From: a virus
Lineage: Duplodnaviria; Caudoviricetes
Direction: 5' to 3' (one strand)
Length of the DNA stretch: 64,000 bases
Virus record (IMG/VR): IMGVR_UViG_3300033068_001957
Location: 64,001-128,000 of that record
A model generated the notes under the pieces. That model was given only the letters and a program-made list of their open reading frames with translations, did no database searches and was not told where the DNA came from. A program made the translations under genes and the position numbers. Below, one piece after another: positions 9,969-20,561 of this stretch; the stretch's first letter is position 1, and every line of letters starts with the position of its first letter.

Positions 9969-10038
9969 GAAAGCCAATAGAATAATTGATAGTGATGATT
10001 TTTGGCTTGATATTGAGTATTATTACTTCTATCTTTAA
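9949..10038 (+). pseudogene. displaced original 3' end of the GT9 gene
   Basis: KQNIPFSKANRIIDSDDFWLDIEYYYFYL*, 22/29 aa identical to 8594-8683, both 90 nt. Confidence 0.9.
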
Positions 10039-10041
10039 TTT

Positions 10042-10884
10042 ATGACCGATACGACATCTGCCACTCCCGAGCAAGAAACAACCGCATTTCCAATTAGCAA
10101 TCCAAAATACAAAGATGGCCCAGAAAAACTTCGCCGTAATGAATATGGGTTGTTTGAGAATGTTGATTACAAATATACTCCAGATGGATTCGTTGACTGG
10201 AAATCCATGATCAATCCAAAGTTCCTCTACCCCAACAAGGCGTGGTTTGAGCGAAACAATAAACCAATCCCAGATTCCATTGATGGCCTACAGGATCATC
10301 AAATCATTTGCAAACTTGGCGGGTATAAAGAATTGGCGCGGCTTCGCGGGTTTTCCAACGTAGAATATAAGCTGGAATACCTTGAAAACGGCGTATCATG
10401 TATTTGCACTATTACATGGATTCCGAACTACGAAACAGCGGTTCATTCCGAAAACAAATATTCGTTTGCTGACACTGTAACATTTTCATCTATTGCTAAT
10501 TCTACCTCAGAGAATTGCGGCGATTCTTCGTCTTCGTTCTCCATGGCGATCTTTAAGGAAACGCAAGCCGAAAATCGTTCGTTTGTTCGCTGTGTTCGCA
10601 ATTTCTTAAACGTCAATGTCGTAGGAGAAGATGAAATTAGCAAAGGCGAAGATTCTACGGCAAAAGCCAATCAGGCTCAAACAAGCGGCCCAGACGCCCT
10701 GAATCCGCGCAAAAATCTAGAATCTCAAGCCCTTAAGAGAGGATACAAGACATTGGCCGATCTAAAAGCCTTCTTGAAGACAAAAAATTATACACCCAAA
10801 GAAAAAACCCCGACCCCATGGGCAAGTTATGACGACATTCCAGTTAGCGAATGCTGGAAAATTAGCCAATTGATTAACGAATAG
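10042..10884 (+). CDS. hypothetical protein, possibly single-strand annealing recombinase
   Basis: AENRSFVRCVRNFL helix loosely resembles Rad52/Sak. Confidence 0.35.
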   Translation: MTDTTSATPEQETTAFPISNPKYKDGPEKLRRNEYGLFENVDYKYTPDGFVDWKSMINPKFLYPNKAWFERNNKPIPDSIDGLQDHQIICKLGGYKELARLRGFSNVEYKLEYLENGVSCICTITWIPNYETAVHSENKYSFADTVTFSSIANSTSENCGDSSSSFSMAIFKETQAENRSFVRCVRNFLNVNVVGEDEISKGEDSTAKANQAQTSGPDALNPRKNLESQALKRGYKTLADLKAFLKTKNYTPKEKTPTPWASYDDIPVSECWKISQLINE

Positions 10885-10885
10885 T

Positions 10886-11122
10886 ATGGATACTAGACTT
10901 TTTAACATGCGGAAGATGGTATTTTGGGTTGGGTTTTTTACGTTTTTATGCTTTTTGTCCCATGATTATCATGCCTTGGAAATGAAGAAATTAGATGCCC
11001 CGAAACAAGACGCGCCTAGTATTTTCGAGAATCTTTATCCCCTGCCAGAACTTGATTTGAAGCCTTGGATTCTGCCCGAATCTCCGCCGAAATTAGACCC
11101 TCACGATAAAAATTCGGCATGA
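10886..11122 (+). CDS. small membrane protein
   Basis: N-terminal hydrophobic segment. Confidence 0.55.
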   Translation: MDTRLFNMRKMVFWVGFFTFLCFLSHDYHALEMKKLDAPKQDAPSIFENLYPLPELDLKPWILPESPPKLDPHDKNSA

Positions 11123-11195
11123 TCTATTTACTATGTATTATGATGGCGCTGATTGGTCTTGGGTTGTTGATTAATGGTTGGCATTCTGATTAAAT

Positions 11196-11639
11196 GTGAA
11201 TGTTCATAAAATTACCAATCCCGCTGATTATCTTAAGTTACTCGATAATTTGGAACAACTTTGGGATTTTGAAAATGAAAATCTTGGTCACATCTTTAAA
11301 ATCGACAAAGCAAGTCTCGCCCAAATAGCAAACGCGCAACTTCTTACTTGGGAATATCATGTTTGGTCCAACGAAAAACTTGATTCAATTATTATGTTTC
11401 AAGGCGGATGGAACCTACTACACGGGAAAAAGTCATTCCAAGAGATAATCTGGCTATCTAAATCAAATTGCGGCCTAAAATTATTGAACGCCGCCCTTGA
11501 CTTTGCTAAGAATCAACGGTATGATATTGTTGTGATGGGATCGGTGGTCAAAGCCCACAATCCAAAATTAGACAAATTATACCAAAAACTAAAACTCCAG
11601 AAAGACGGCGAAATATGGGTGGGGAAAATTGGTATATGA
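11196..11639 (+). CDS. putative GNAT-fold protein
   Basis: GLKLLNAALDFAK and KLYQKL motifs. Confidence 0.5.
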   Translation: MNVHKITNPADYLKLLDNLEQLWDFENENLGHIFKIDKASLAQIANAQLLTWEYHVWSNEKLDSIIMFQGGWNLLHGKKSFQEIIWLSKSNCGLKLLNAALDFAKNQRYDIVVMGSVVKAHNPKLDKLYQKLKLQKDGEIWVGKIGI

Positions 11640-11806
11640 CTCTCGAACAATTCAAAGAAGATTTCGACGCCAAAATGACTGGTCTGACTGACGAAGAACT
11701 CATGGATAGGCTCCGAGCAGTTGGTTGTAAATTTGAAGGCGACGAAGATTTAGAAAAAAAAGACAGTCAAGAACAATACAAAGAAAGTCTAAAACACGAC
11801 TATTAA
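11636..11806 (+). CDS. hypothetical protein
   Basis: ATGA coupling. Confidence 0.55.
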   Translation: MTLEQFKEDFDAKMTGLTDEELMDRLRAVGCKFEGDEDLEKKDSQEQYKESLKHDY

Positions 11807-11807
11807 C

Positions 11808-12485
11808 ATGATTAAATTAATTTCCATTACAAAACCGCTCGTTGAAGGAATCGAAACGGCTAACAGCCTTATTGCTTATTGCGCTCGAATTAGTTCTCCC
11901 CAAAATCAATTAAATGTTGATACTGCTGATAAGCTTCTTAGATATTGTCTAAAACATAAGCACTTTTCGATCTTTGAGCAAGTATCGTGTGGTTTCGAGA
12001 TTGAGACGACGAGAGATATTGGACGGCAGATTTTGCGGCACAAATCCTTTTCATTTCAAGAATTTAGTCAAAGATATGCGCAAGCTGCGGAAGAGCCAAT
12101 CTTTAGAGAATGTAGAACTCAAGACTCTAAAAATCGTCAATCAAGCAACCCATCTACAGATTTTGGATTAATTGACTGGTGGACAGATACTCAGGACAAG
12201 GTTTTTGCGGATGCATACGCTGAATATGAGAGAGCTTTAGAAAAAGGAATCGCAAAAGAACAAGCTCGTGCTTTACTTCCAGAAGGGATGATTAAAACTA
12301 GGATGTTTGTTACTGGAAATCTAAGATCATTTATTACTTGGATCATGGTTCGGGCTGGAAAAGAAACACAAAAAGAACATCGTGATATTGCAAAATCTGC
12401 CGCCAAAATTCTTGAAGAACACTTCCCGTTTCTAAAAGAAGTATTTTTAGAAATCTACAGCGACGAATATTCAGCAGAAAGTTAG
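11808..12485 (+). CDS. thyX: FAD-dependent thymidylate synthase
   Basis: HFSIFEQ, QILRHKSFSFQEFSQRY, EQARALLP. Confidence 0.95.
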   Translation: MIKLISITKPLVEGIETANSLIAYCARISSPQNQLNVDTADKLLRYCLKHKHFSIFEQVSCGFEIETTRDIGRQILRHKSFSFQEFSQRYAQAAEEPIFRECRTQDSKNRQSSNPSTDFGLIDWWTDTQDKVFADAYAEYERALEKGIAKEQARALLPEGMIKTRMFVTGNLRSFITWIMVRAGKETQKEHRDIAKSAAKILEEHFPFLKEVFLEIYSDEYSAES

Positions 12486-12644
12486 TATAAAACATGAGAA
12501 AATCTACCGCCAAGAAAATCCGCGCCATTGTTAAGCCAGTTGATTCTATTACGCGCCGAGTTTATCGGCGGCTGAAAAAATCCTACGTCAGTCTTTCCAA
12601 GGAAGAAAAGAAGCGTTTCTTTGAAAGTGCTGGAAAAGTTTTCT

Positions 12645-13271
12645 CTAATACTGAGTCATAGTAGCCCAAGAACCGCTGCATAGCGCAACAGTATTAATAC
12701 CGCTGCTCTCCTTGCCAGCATAGAGAGAGATAGAATTCGTTGTTGGAGAATTCACAAGAAGAACATTGAGCGTAATCAATCTTCTATCCGTTGCTCCATG
12801 GAAGTGTCCATGTAAATCATATCCAGAAATAATAAAACCCTCTGGACTATTATTGAAATCATCAATAATGCCATTCCCAGCGAAAAATGGGCAAGGGTTT
12901 GCACCGCTTAATGCAACACTAATTCCTTCTGAGGTGGAAGATCCGCTATATTGCAGGCGATATTCTAATTTATAAGTTTTATTTGCGGCTAAAGGAAAAG
13001 TTAGACCAGTGACAAGCCCAGTAATATATTGAACTGGGAAATCGCCAGTTAAATAATTAGCTATAAATCTTCCAGTAACTTCTGCGCGAGTAATTACCTC
13101 TTCCGATCTTCCATTGTAGATGACTTCTTGGGAATATCCATAACCCGTGCCAGTAAGATAGATATTCCTAAACGATTGGGCAGATGATCCCAAATTTCCA
13201 GTATTAGTAGAAAAGAAATCGCCCGAAACATATTCAGGCCCGATAACGAAAAAAGTTGATTGCGCGTTCAT
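12645..13271 (-). CDS. virion structural protein
   Basis: end of tail-tip operon, TG/SG-rich. Confidence 0.6.
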   Translation of the reverse strand: MNAQSTFFVIGPEYVSGDFFSTNTGNLGSSAQSFRNIYLTGTGYGYSQEVIYNGRSEEVITRAEVTGRFIANYLTGDFPVQYITGLVTGLTFPLAANKTYKLEYRLQYSGSSTSEGISVALSGANPCPFFAGNGIIDDFNNSPEGFIISGYDLHGHFHGATDRRLITLNVLLVNSPTTNSISLYAGKESSGINTVALCSGSWATMTQY

Positions 13272-14503
13272 TAGAGAATAGTGCGTAGAAGTTTAAAAGT
13301 TCCAGTTGGATAATTTACTCTTGCCAACAAGCAAAGAGCGCCGCTGCCACTAATATAACCAGAGCCAGAGACAATGAACTGAGCCGTTTGCGCATTGTCA
13401 CTAACAGCATATTCTGAATATCTAATTCCCGTTAAGGCAGTACCAGTTCTAGATGTGCTATTATCCGTGATTAATATTTCTCGGCTAGAAACATTCCCTG
13501 TTCCATCTGTTATTTGGGCTAAATATTTAACAGTTCTGAATGGATAAGTTTGATTTTGGGTGAAGTCACCACTGGCATCCACATTATACCATCCATGCAA
13601 ATTAACGTTCCCAGAGGTATTTAGCAGCCCATCAATAATAGTATATCCAGTGCCAGTGATATTGCCGTAGTGATATGTCTCGATGCAGTAGTTGCCGTCA
13701 TTCAATAAAATGATGTTTTTCCCCGTCACATTGTTAACCGTAAATGCAGGAGCTACAACAGAATACATTTTACCGCTGATCGGCGGCGAAGAATAAAGCG
13801 TCCCAGAACCAAAGTTGTCGTAGGGAAGAATCTTATAAAAATAAAACCTATCATCGAACGGTTGTTCGCCATCATTAATTGTGAGAGTATATTTTTGCTT
13901 TTGCTCAAAGATTGAGATGCTTTTCATTCTATTTGCGCCAGCACCAGTACCAGTCACGACGGCAAAATTAGAGGCATTACCAGTATAAATTTCAAACTTT
14001 GATACAGAATAGTAAGAACTATTTGCCATCGTAAGATTAATATCAATAGTGCCAGTCCTGTTCCTAGTGGTGCCGCTAATCAATCTTCCATCTAAAACTC
14101 CAGATATTCCAGAGACTTGAGCTTCATTATGATAAACATTAAATCGACCTGATGAAGTTGTCGCTGGAGATTCTTCCGACAACTTGAATACTAAAGAATA
14201 TTGTCGTTGAGGAACACCGCTAAAAGCCAAAAGATTGTCTTCGTAGGTGAATGTATAGTTTGGGTCTTTTTTGCCTGTGTCGAAATTAAGCCCATATGGA
14301 GCGATGGTTCCATTAGAATAGCGAACATCGACATTATAGGATAGATTATTTTGATTAGAGTATTGATCTCTACTAGAGACATTTAATCCATATTTATCTA
14401 TAGCAAGAATATTAAATTTTGGTGAAGAGCTTAAGGAGTAGCCAGCGCCAGTCCCAAGCGCTGGTGGAGTTGCGTATTTAAATGTTTGAGCGGCAGAATA
14501 CAT
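13271..14503 (-). CDS. tail-associated structural protein
   Basis: coupled to gpJ; beta-rich, YYKILPYDxFG-type motif. Confidence 0.6.
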   Translation of the reverse strand: MYSAAQTFKYATPPALGTGAGYSLSSSPKFNILAIDKYGLNVSSRDQYSNQNNLSYNVDVRYSNGTIAPYGLNFDTGKKDPNYTFTYEDNLLAFSGVPQRQYSLVFKLSEESPATTSSGRFNVYHNEAQVSGISGVLDGRLISGTTRNRTGTIDINLTMANSSYYSVSKFEIYTGNASNFAVVTGTGAGANRMKSISIFEQKQKYTLTINDGEQPFDDRFYFYKILPYDNFGSGTLYSSPPISGKMYSVVAPAFTVNNVTGKNIILLNDGNYCIETYHYGNITGTGYTIIDGLLNTSGNVNLHGWYNVDASGDFTQNQTYPFRTVKYLAQITDGTGNVSSREILITDNSTSRTGTALTGIRYSEYAVSDNAQTAQFIVSGSGYISGSGALCLLARVNYPTGTFKLLRTIL

Positions 14504-17500
14504 TTAGTTAATTGTTATATTTTTAATATACGGCGTAATATATGTAGTCGTGGAGAATACGTTGATTCCGCTAGATGAAGTCTTTGATGTATATCCGAGA
14601 GATGGGTTTTTCGCCGTCACAAGAAGACGGTAGAAGCCAAGTTGAGTTTGATCGTTCAGGATGTAACTGTTTCCAGTAATTGATTCGGTTGTTTTTCTAC
14701 CATTTGGGGCGATTATATTAACGAGATAATTTGACGCGCCATCAATTAATGACCAGCTTCCAGAAATATCCAGACTATCATTTTGACCATCGTAGTTTCC
14801 AGTTTGGAATGAATTGATTGTGGGTGGGTCTAGTTGATATGTATTAACTGACTCAACAGTCGGAGTTGTCGCACTCTGAGTTCCAATGAAAGAGAATGTA
14901 TTGTAAAAATCATCTAAGTTTTGAGTGCTTTCAATTTGAGCAAACTTACCACTATTAAATTTAATGGCGGACATTTCGTATTCATTGACATTTGATTCTC
15001 TAATAGACGATATTTTATAAGTTTCTTTTTCCAGTCCAGACATCGTGATGCCAAACGGAAAACCCTGCTTTACGCGGGACAAAAATTCAATATTAGAGTT
15101 GTCAAACGATGGCGTGTATAAAGCTCCGCCAGTAATCCATGATCCAGAATAAGGTTCTAATTGATTAGGTTCTCCAGTGCTTAGCCTGTTGCCAGATGTA
15201 TAATTTCTTAGCGACCAAAATATCTGAATTCCAGAAATGTCGGAATCTATTGCTATATAATAACCAGTATCAGTAATCCCAGAATACGTAGTATAACCAC
15301 TGATTGATCCATTGCCAGAATATAGCCCAGTAATTGCGCCACCAGTAAAAGTGATTAAGTTGTATTCTGTCTTTGGTTGGACGTAAATATTGGAGCCGTA
15401 ATCAATTGTATTATCGTATCCAGTTATTTTAAACGTCTGGATTTGAGGGATGTCGCTTTCGTAAATATCTCTGTAAGAAACTCCGCCACTGGCTTTGGCC
15501 ATACCAAGCATTTCATCGAAACTTTTCGTTCCTGTCGGAGCGAGTAGAGTAATTTCATTAAGGGCATATCCAGATGGGAATTTCTCATTAATATAAACTT
15601 TGCCATCTAGAGGATTAATGTCTAAAACGCGCCCGAAATTTCTTTGTTGAGTTTTTAATTCATCATTGATATTAATCAAATCTCCAGGTTTCAGAAAGAG
15701 GCATTCCACGCCGCCCACAAAGCTTACGGCTTGGTTTTCATTCGTAGTAGCATAGATAACATGCTGGCCTATTCTATTCGCTAAAGCATAAGATGTGATT
15801 CCAAAAGAATCTATCCGAGTGCTTAAGACGCCCCTTCTTCTGATATCGTCTGAGTTTTCAATATACGCGACTTTGGCATTGAAGTTATCGTTTTCGTCGA
15901 GATAAGACACTTCGGCGACATTGAATTCTTCATCAATTCTCGAATTTGTATAAGAAAACGTTCCTTCTTTAACGTTTGCATTATTGAATTCCATCATCGG
16001 GATCTTCAATCGGTCATCCGTGAAATCTATATAAGAATTACTGTAAAAGATATTTCCGCGAAAAACAGTCGCGACAGCATTCAACGTATCGAAGATACTA
16101 ATCTTATCGGCTAAAATAATATTAATCGCATAACGCGGTTCTTTCCCGCCGTAAGAGTTATCGACCCCTTGGAAAACGCCATTTTTATCCACAGCATCAG
16201 AGAATCTTCCAATTTTATAAAGCTCCCAAATATTCACCTGAGACGCCGTTATAGAGGAACCGAGTCCATACTGAGGATCAATCAAAAGATCAAAAAGAAC
16301 CCAAGCTGGATTATCCGTCCAGCCTTCTTTGAAAGTCCCGTCCCAATTTCCATTGTAAATTTGCAAATCAGTCGATGTTGCGGCGGCAAAATCTGTTGCT
16401 GTTTTATAGCGACGCTTATCTCTGCCGTCTGGAGCAAGAGGGAAATAGTTACTTGGAATAAGAACCCTCTTGAGTCTTAAATCGAAGCTTCGCGGCGGAA
16501 TAGCAGATAGATTTCTTGAATCAAGCTTCGTGCCAATAATGGCGGAACCTGGATATGAAAAACGGGTATTAATTACTTCAGTTATCTTTTCCAAAGAAAT
16601 TTCACGCTTTAGAAGGACGCTTGAAGTTTCATAGGTTGTTCGGGTAATCCTAATAAATCTTTTAGAGTCTCCCGTGACTGCGGGCAAAAGTAGTTCCGTA
16701 GAAGCATTGATTTCAGAATTTCCACGGGTAGCTTGAAGAAATTTATAATTATTTAATATAGAAGAAACTTCGCCTCTTCCAATATCGACAAGAGATGCTG
16801 AATCGGCCATCCCGACTATCTGATAGATCCTTTCCTCGACAGAAGATTGAACATCTTTACCCGTATGGTCTTGGAGGCCAATTTCCACCTTGAACCTTAC
16901 TACGGCTGGAATTCTACTGCCAGCTTGAACGGAGCCAATCCCAGGTAAGTAAGTATCTACTTGATTCGTATCGTTCAACGCTCTAACGCCCAAGGTAATA
17001 TAAACCTGATCAACATTTGGATTTTCAATTATATGAGTAATTGGAGATGCACTTTCAATGAACTGAGTTCGATTATTACCAGCGTAAGAAGAGAAACTTT
17101 GACCGTTTCTAGTATCCGATGATCCCTCATTTGTAATATTTGCTCCCAAAGGAAATTCATAAACTCCTTTAATTCTATAACCAGTATCGTCATTAAAATT
17201 CGTGACCTTTAATACTTGATTGGATACATCAAATGGTCCAGTGAGTCTAACGCCGTATTCTTTATCTACATGAACCTTCTTAAAATAGGAGAGCGGCGTT
17301 TGAAGATCGTTACCCTCTCGGATTTCGGCCAGCACATTGCTATAGTTGTATTTTTCGTTGTCGGGGCGAACGATAAGCAATGATTGAATGTGCTTCTTAA
17401 TCGCGTCGATACTTTCCCTTGTCGGAGCGCTTGCGCCGTTTTTATATCCAAAAGCGATAACACAACCAGCCATGTCAATATTCGTCGAAGTTGTTTTCGC

Positions 17501-18568
17501 CGCATAAGTAAGATCAATGTATTTGATTGGTTGGATTACTCTTTTGACATTTACGTCTTCAATTTCAATTCTCTCAAACACTTGGTTAAAGATGTCATCT
17601 TTCAAAAGAAAGCTCGTGTTCTTATCTAGAACGAAATCAGAATCTACGGTTGCCTGTTTTTCATTAACATCAAAATATACAAGAGGATTGCCACAATCAG
17701 AATAAAGCGTTTCTCTAAATGGCGAACCAATTTCAAATTTGATGGCAAAAATAGGATAATCGTCATCGCTTTGGTCGAGATAGTAAGGAAGCAGGGCTTC
17801 TTTTACGTCGCTCCAATTCTGATAATTATAACGCAGGATTTTCGTTCCCGCAATATTAGAGGCATCTTCGCCATATACAGAGGGCGCGGAAGAAACTGTT
17901 TTCAATAAGTCAATACCCTTGTAAATGCTTTTGGCTATGTCATTTCTTGTCCAAGTAATTTCCATCTGCTTGTCGCGAACATAGGGGTCGGGGCAATTAA
18001 AAAGATTCCCAGAATTACCCGTATGAACAATCGGCGCATAGGTCAAAGAAAGATATGGATCATTAACAGAAGTATCATCGGCGAAATATGTTGTATTTTT
18101 AATTATCGCCGCTCTTGTCCCCGAAACAGAATTGCCAATCGAATCGCCCGTAGCAATAGAAGCTCTTACGTCTGTGAAATTGTTTGGGATGTATTGACCG
18201 CTTCTATACCACAGCCCAGAAATTTTAGAGCATAAAGGAGCCAGAGAATAACCCGTTACTTCAACAAAGTTTGAACCAGTATAATTTACATCGAAACTTT
18301 TCTTGACTGGTGTATTATCAAAATAGATGCTTTCAAAAATTCTTTCGCCGTAAACATATTGGCCGTTTTGATTTACAAGACCTTCGATTGGGCCGTCTGA
18401 TACAAGATCAATAATCTCAGCATACGAATAAGATGCGAGAGTTTGAAGCTTGCCTAGTTTCGGTGGTTGAAGTTGGGATGGTGGTGGACCGCCTCCGCCT
18501 CCCCCACCGCCTCCGCCCCCACCAGCGCCTTGTAGGTTATTTATGTTCTTGGTTAAAAAGTGCTTCAT
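14504..18568 (-). CDS. central tail tip / host-specificity protein (lambda gpJ-like)
   Basis: DLVSDGPIEGL, WDGTFK..WTDNPAWVLFDLL..YGLG, EPRY, LKPGDLI. Confidence 0.92.
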   Translation of the reverse strand: MKHFLTKNINNLQGAGGGGGGGGGGGGPPPSQLQPPKLGKLQTLASYSYAEIIDLVSDGPIEGLVNQNGQYVYGERIFESIYFDNTPVKKSFDVNYTGSNFVEVTGYSLAPLCSKISGLWYRSGQYIPNNFTDVRASIATGDSIGNSVSGTRAAIIKNTTYFADDTSVNDPYLSLTYAPIVHTGNSGNLFNCPDPYVRDKQMEITWTRNDIAKSIYKGIDLLKTVSSAPSVYGEDASNIAGTKILRYNYQNWSDVKEALLPYYLDQSDDDYPIFAIKFEIGSPFRETLYSDCGNPLVYFDVNEKQATVDSDFVLDKNTSFLLKDDIFNQVFERIEIEDVNVKRVIQPIKYIDLTYAAKTTSTNIDMAGCVIAFGYKNGASAPTRESIDAIKKHIQSLLIVRPDNEKYNYSNVLAEIREGNDLQTPLSYFKKVHVDKEYGVRLTGPFDVSNQVLKVTNFNDDTGYRIKGVYEFPLGANITNEGSSDTRNGQSFSSYAGNNRTQFIESASPITHIIENPNVDQVYITLGVRALNDTNQVDTYLPGIGSVQAGSRIPAVVRFKVEIGLQDHTGKDVQSSVEERIYQIVGMADSASLVDIGRGEVSSILNNYKFLQATRGNSEINASTELLLPAVTGDSKRFIRITRTTYETSSVLLKREISLEKITEVINTRFSYPGSAIIGTKLDSRNLSAIPPRSFDLRLKRVLIPSNYFPLAPDGRDKRRYKTATDFAAATSTDLQIYNGNWDGTFKEGWTDNPAWVLFDLLIDPQYGLGSSITASQVNIWELYKIGRFSDAVDKNGVFQGVDNSYGGKEPRYAINIILADKISIFDTLNAVATVFRGNIFYSNSYIDFTDDRLKIPMMEFNNANVKEGTFSYTNSRIDEEFNVAEVSYLDENDNFNAKVAYIENSDDIRRRGVLSTRIDSFGITSYALANRIGQHVIYATTNENQAVSFVGGVECLFLKPGDLININDELKTQQRNFGRVLDINPLDGKVYINEKFPSGYALNEITLLAPTGTKSFDEMLGMAKASGGVSYRDIYESDIPQIQTFKITGYDNTIDYGSNIYVQPKTEYNLITFTGGAITGLYSGNGSISGYTTYSGITDTGYYIAIDSDISGIQIFWSLRNYTSGNRLSTGEPNQLEPYSGSWITGGALYTPSFDNSNIEFLSRVKQGFPFGITMSGLEKETYKISSIRESNVNEYEMSAIKFNSGKFAQIESTQNLDDFYNTFSFIGTQSATTPTVESVNTYQLDPPTINSFQTGNYDGQNDSLDISGSWSLIDGASNYLVNIIAPNGRKTTESITGNSYILNDQTQLGFYRLLVTAKNPSLGYTSKTSSSGINVFSTTTYITPYIKNITIN

Positions 18569-19221
18569 TAAATTTCTTGATTATTAAGGACCGCCATGGA
18601 AGCTTGGCCCTCTTGAGTTGCTTGGTTAGTGAATTCGTCGAATGTGGAGATGCTGTTGGGATAGTTTTTAATAGAATGCTGAATGACGGCACTGCCAATT
18701 CTTAGACGGCCATATCCGAGAGGAACGGGGTTCCCTTGGGCCGTGATGTTTTCTCGATTTCCAAAGAGAAAGCTTTTTGAAGTGGCGTTCGTTGTACCTG
18801 TCGCTCCTGGAATATTTGACGATGGAGGTTTTGCTAGAAGCGATGTAACGCCGTAAGAGATGGCCGCAAATGCCACGGCAACTAATACGGCAGCAAGCAC
18901 GCCTGTTGCATAATAAGAAGCTCCAAGGGCTACTACGCCGACAACAATAGCTCCGATAGCCCCAGCACCAAAAATAGTGGGAATAAAAAACACCTCCTTA
19001 ATCTTTCGCTTTCCAACAAAATCATCAACCGATCCAATGATTTGATCATCTGCAATCAAGGTATAATGAGCGCCATCTTTTGCAAGTTCAGCAATTCGTT
19101 TCACAAAGCCCTCTTGATTTGCGTCGATAGCAGCAACAACATCTTTTGGAGCGGAAATGCTAAAATCAAATTCTTCGCCAAATTCCTTTCCTAGTAGGCC
19201 ATAAACGTGTACTTTTGTCAT
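18568..19221 (-). CDS. tail assembly protein (lambda gpI-like)
   Basis: VHVYGLLGKEFG; QGNPVPLGYGRLRIGS. Confidence 0.9.
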   Translation of the reverse strand: MTKVHVYGLLGKEFGEEFDFSISAPKDVVAAIDANQEGFVKRIAELAKDGAHYTLIADDQIIGSVDDFVGKRKIKEVFFIPTIFGAGAIGAIVVGVVALGASYYATGVLAAVLVAVAFAAISYGVTSLLAKPPSSNIPGATGTTNATSKSFLFGNRENITAQGNPVPLGYGRLRIGSAVIQHSIKNYPNSISTFDEFTNQATQEGQASMAVLNNQEI

Positions 19222-19589
19222 AGTTTGTCTTTTAATTCAATAACATCGCATTTATGATCTGGCGGTTCATAAAGACCAAATTTTTCTTGCGCCAAAGAAT
19301 AAATAAGAAATGGATAAAGCGTATTATCAGAATTAACCTTGTCAAAACTGCTCGGCGAACAATCACCCACAATATGAGAATGAAAAACTGCTACCATGTT
19401 GTGAGAGCGCGAAAATCTTAACGATTCCATCGGATCAATAGAGAAGTATTCTTTGGGGTTTTGGTGTTTGTTTTTTACAATTTTGCAAGAATATTCGCCG
19501 CCCTTCTCTCCCAAAAAGCCGCAAATTTCCATCGCCCTACAAAGCATGGACTGTTCCTTAAAATAAGATAGACACTCTTGAATAGTCAT
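19218..19589 (-). CDS. tail assembly protein K-like, JAB domain only
   Basis: EICG...FHSH...PSSFD; no NlpC/P60 domain. Confidence 0.85.
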   Translation of the reverse strand: MTIQECLSYFKEQSMLCRAMEICGFLGEKGGEYSCKIVKNKHQNPKEYFSIDPMESLRFSRSHNMVAVFHSHIVGDCSPSSFDKVNSDNTLYPFLIYSLAQEKFGLYEPPDHKCDVIELKDKL

Positions 19590-20521
19590 TGGGAAAATCT
19601 ATATCTTTCTGTGCCGCAGTATCCGCCAAATCGAATATGTCCCAAATAGGCGGGATTAGTTATATCATCGACAAACCGTTTCTTGCATCCTGTAATTGTT
19701 TTGGAGCACTCGTCTTTTTCCCAATAGGCCGCGCCGTCCAATTTGTTTGGGCTGTTTAGGGCGGTAGCAATGTGGGCAACCTTGCAGACGAAGACGGTTC
19801 TAGGCGGGTCAACTCTGTTTTCCACATACACAATATTACCAGCAGAATAAGTTGTTCCTTCAGTCCATAGATTTTGGGCGGAAGATATGCTGTAATTCTC
19901 GTCTGGAGTCACGGTAAAAGCGGTATCGTCTTTTTTCACTATTGGTTTGCCGCAGTAATTGCAGCCCTTGCCGCGATACTGAAATGGGCAATAACGACTC
20001 AATACAATGCGTCCTGGCGTCGTCTGATTCGCCAAATCAAATGGAGCAGAAAGAGATAGCGACACATAGATTTTATTTTCGGCCAGCTTTTGATAAACGA
20101 TAAATGTTTCGCGGGAAATTTCTGCGTTTGGGTCGGGAACTCCATATGGATTTTCGCCCGAATCAAAGTTTACATCGTCAATATATTTTAGCAGCGTTTG
20201 GATTCTTACCAGTTTGGCGTTTTTGAAATCATTTTTGCGCCGCATTAATTGGCTTATTTGTTGATTCTTGTTGGAGATTTTAATCTCGGGGCGGTTCATT
20301 CGTCCTAGAGAGTTCTTTTCAATGGGGTCAACCTCACAAGGAATTGGTGTATAAGCGACACCGCCGAAAATAATCGGCATATCTAATCCATTCGTTGACG
20401 CGGAAAAACTGAAAAAGTTTTCGGGTTCATCTATGACATTAAAATACAAGCGCCATAACTGTAAAACAGTATTCCCGTTGATAGGGTCGATAGATTGGGC
20501 GATTTTATCAGATAACCTCAT
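19586..20521 (-). CDS. minor tail protein (lambda gpL-like)
   Basis: CPFQYRGKGCNY...DECSK..GCKKRF..FGGY. Confidence 0.9.
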   Translation of the reverse strand: MRLSDKIAQSIDPINGNTVLQLWRLYFNVIDEPENFFSFSASTNGLDMPIIFGGVAYTPIPCEVDPIEKNSLGRMNRPEIKISNKNQQISQLMRRKNDFKNAKLVRIQTLLKYIDDVNFDSGENPYGVPDPNAEISRETFIVYQKLAENKIYVSLSLSAPFDLANQTTPGRIVLSRYCPFQYRGKGCNYCGKPIVKKDDTAFTVTPDENYSISSAQNLWTEGTTYSAGNIVYVENRVDPPRTVFVCKVAHIATALNSPNKLDGAAYWEKDECSKTITGCKKRFVDDITNPAYLGHIRFGGYCGTERYRFSQ

Positions 20522-20561
20522 TTTTTAGTCCTTGGGCCTTTAGTATAGGTTACACATTGCT

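Noticed and set aside
9646-10038. 130-aa ORF ending in the GT9-like tail
   Set aside because: Alternate frame through tnpB and the omegaRNA; only the last 29 codons are gene-derived
18490-18528. Poly-Gly tract at the gpJ N-terminus as a phase-variable repeat
   Set aside because: Mixed GGN codons and frame intact; Gly-rich N-termini are usual in gpJ-like proteins
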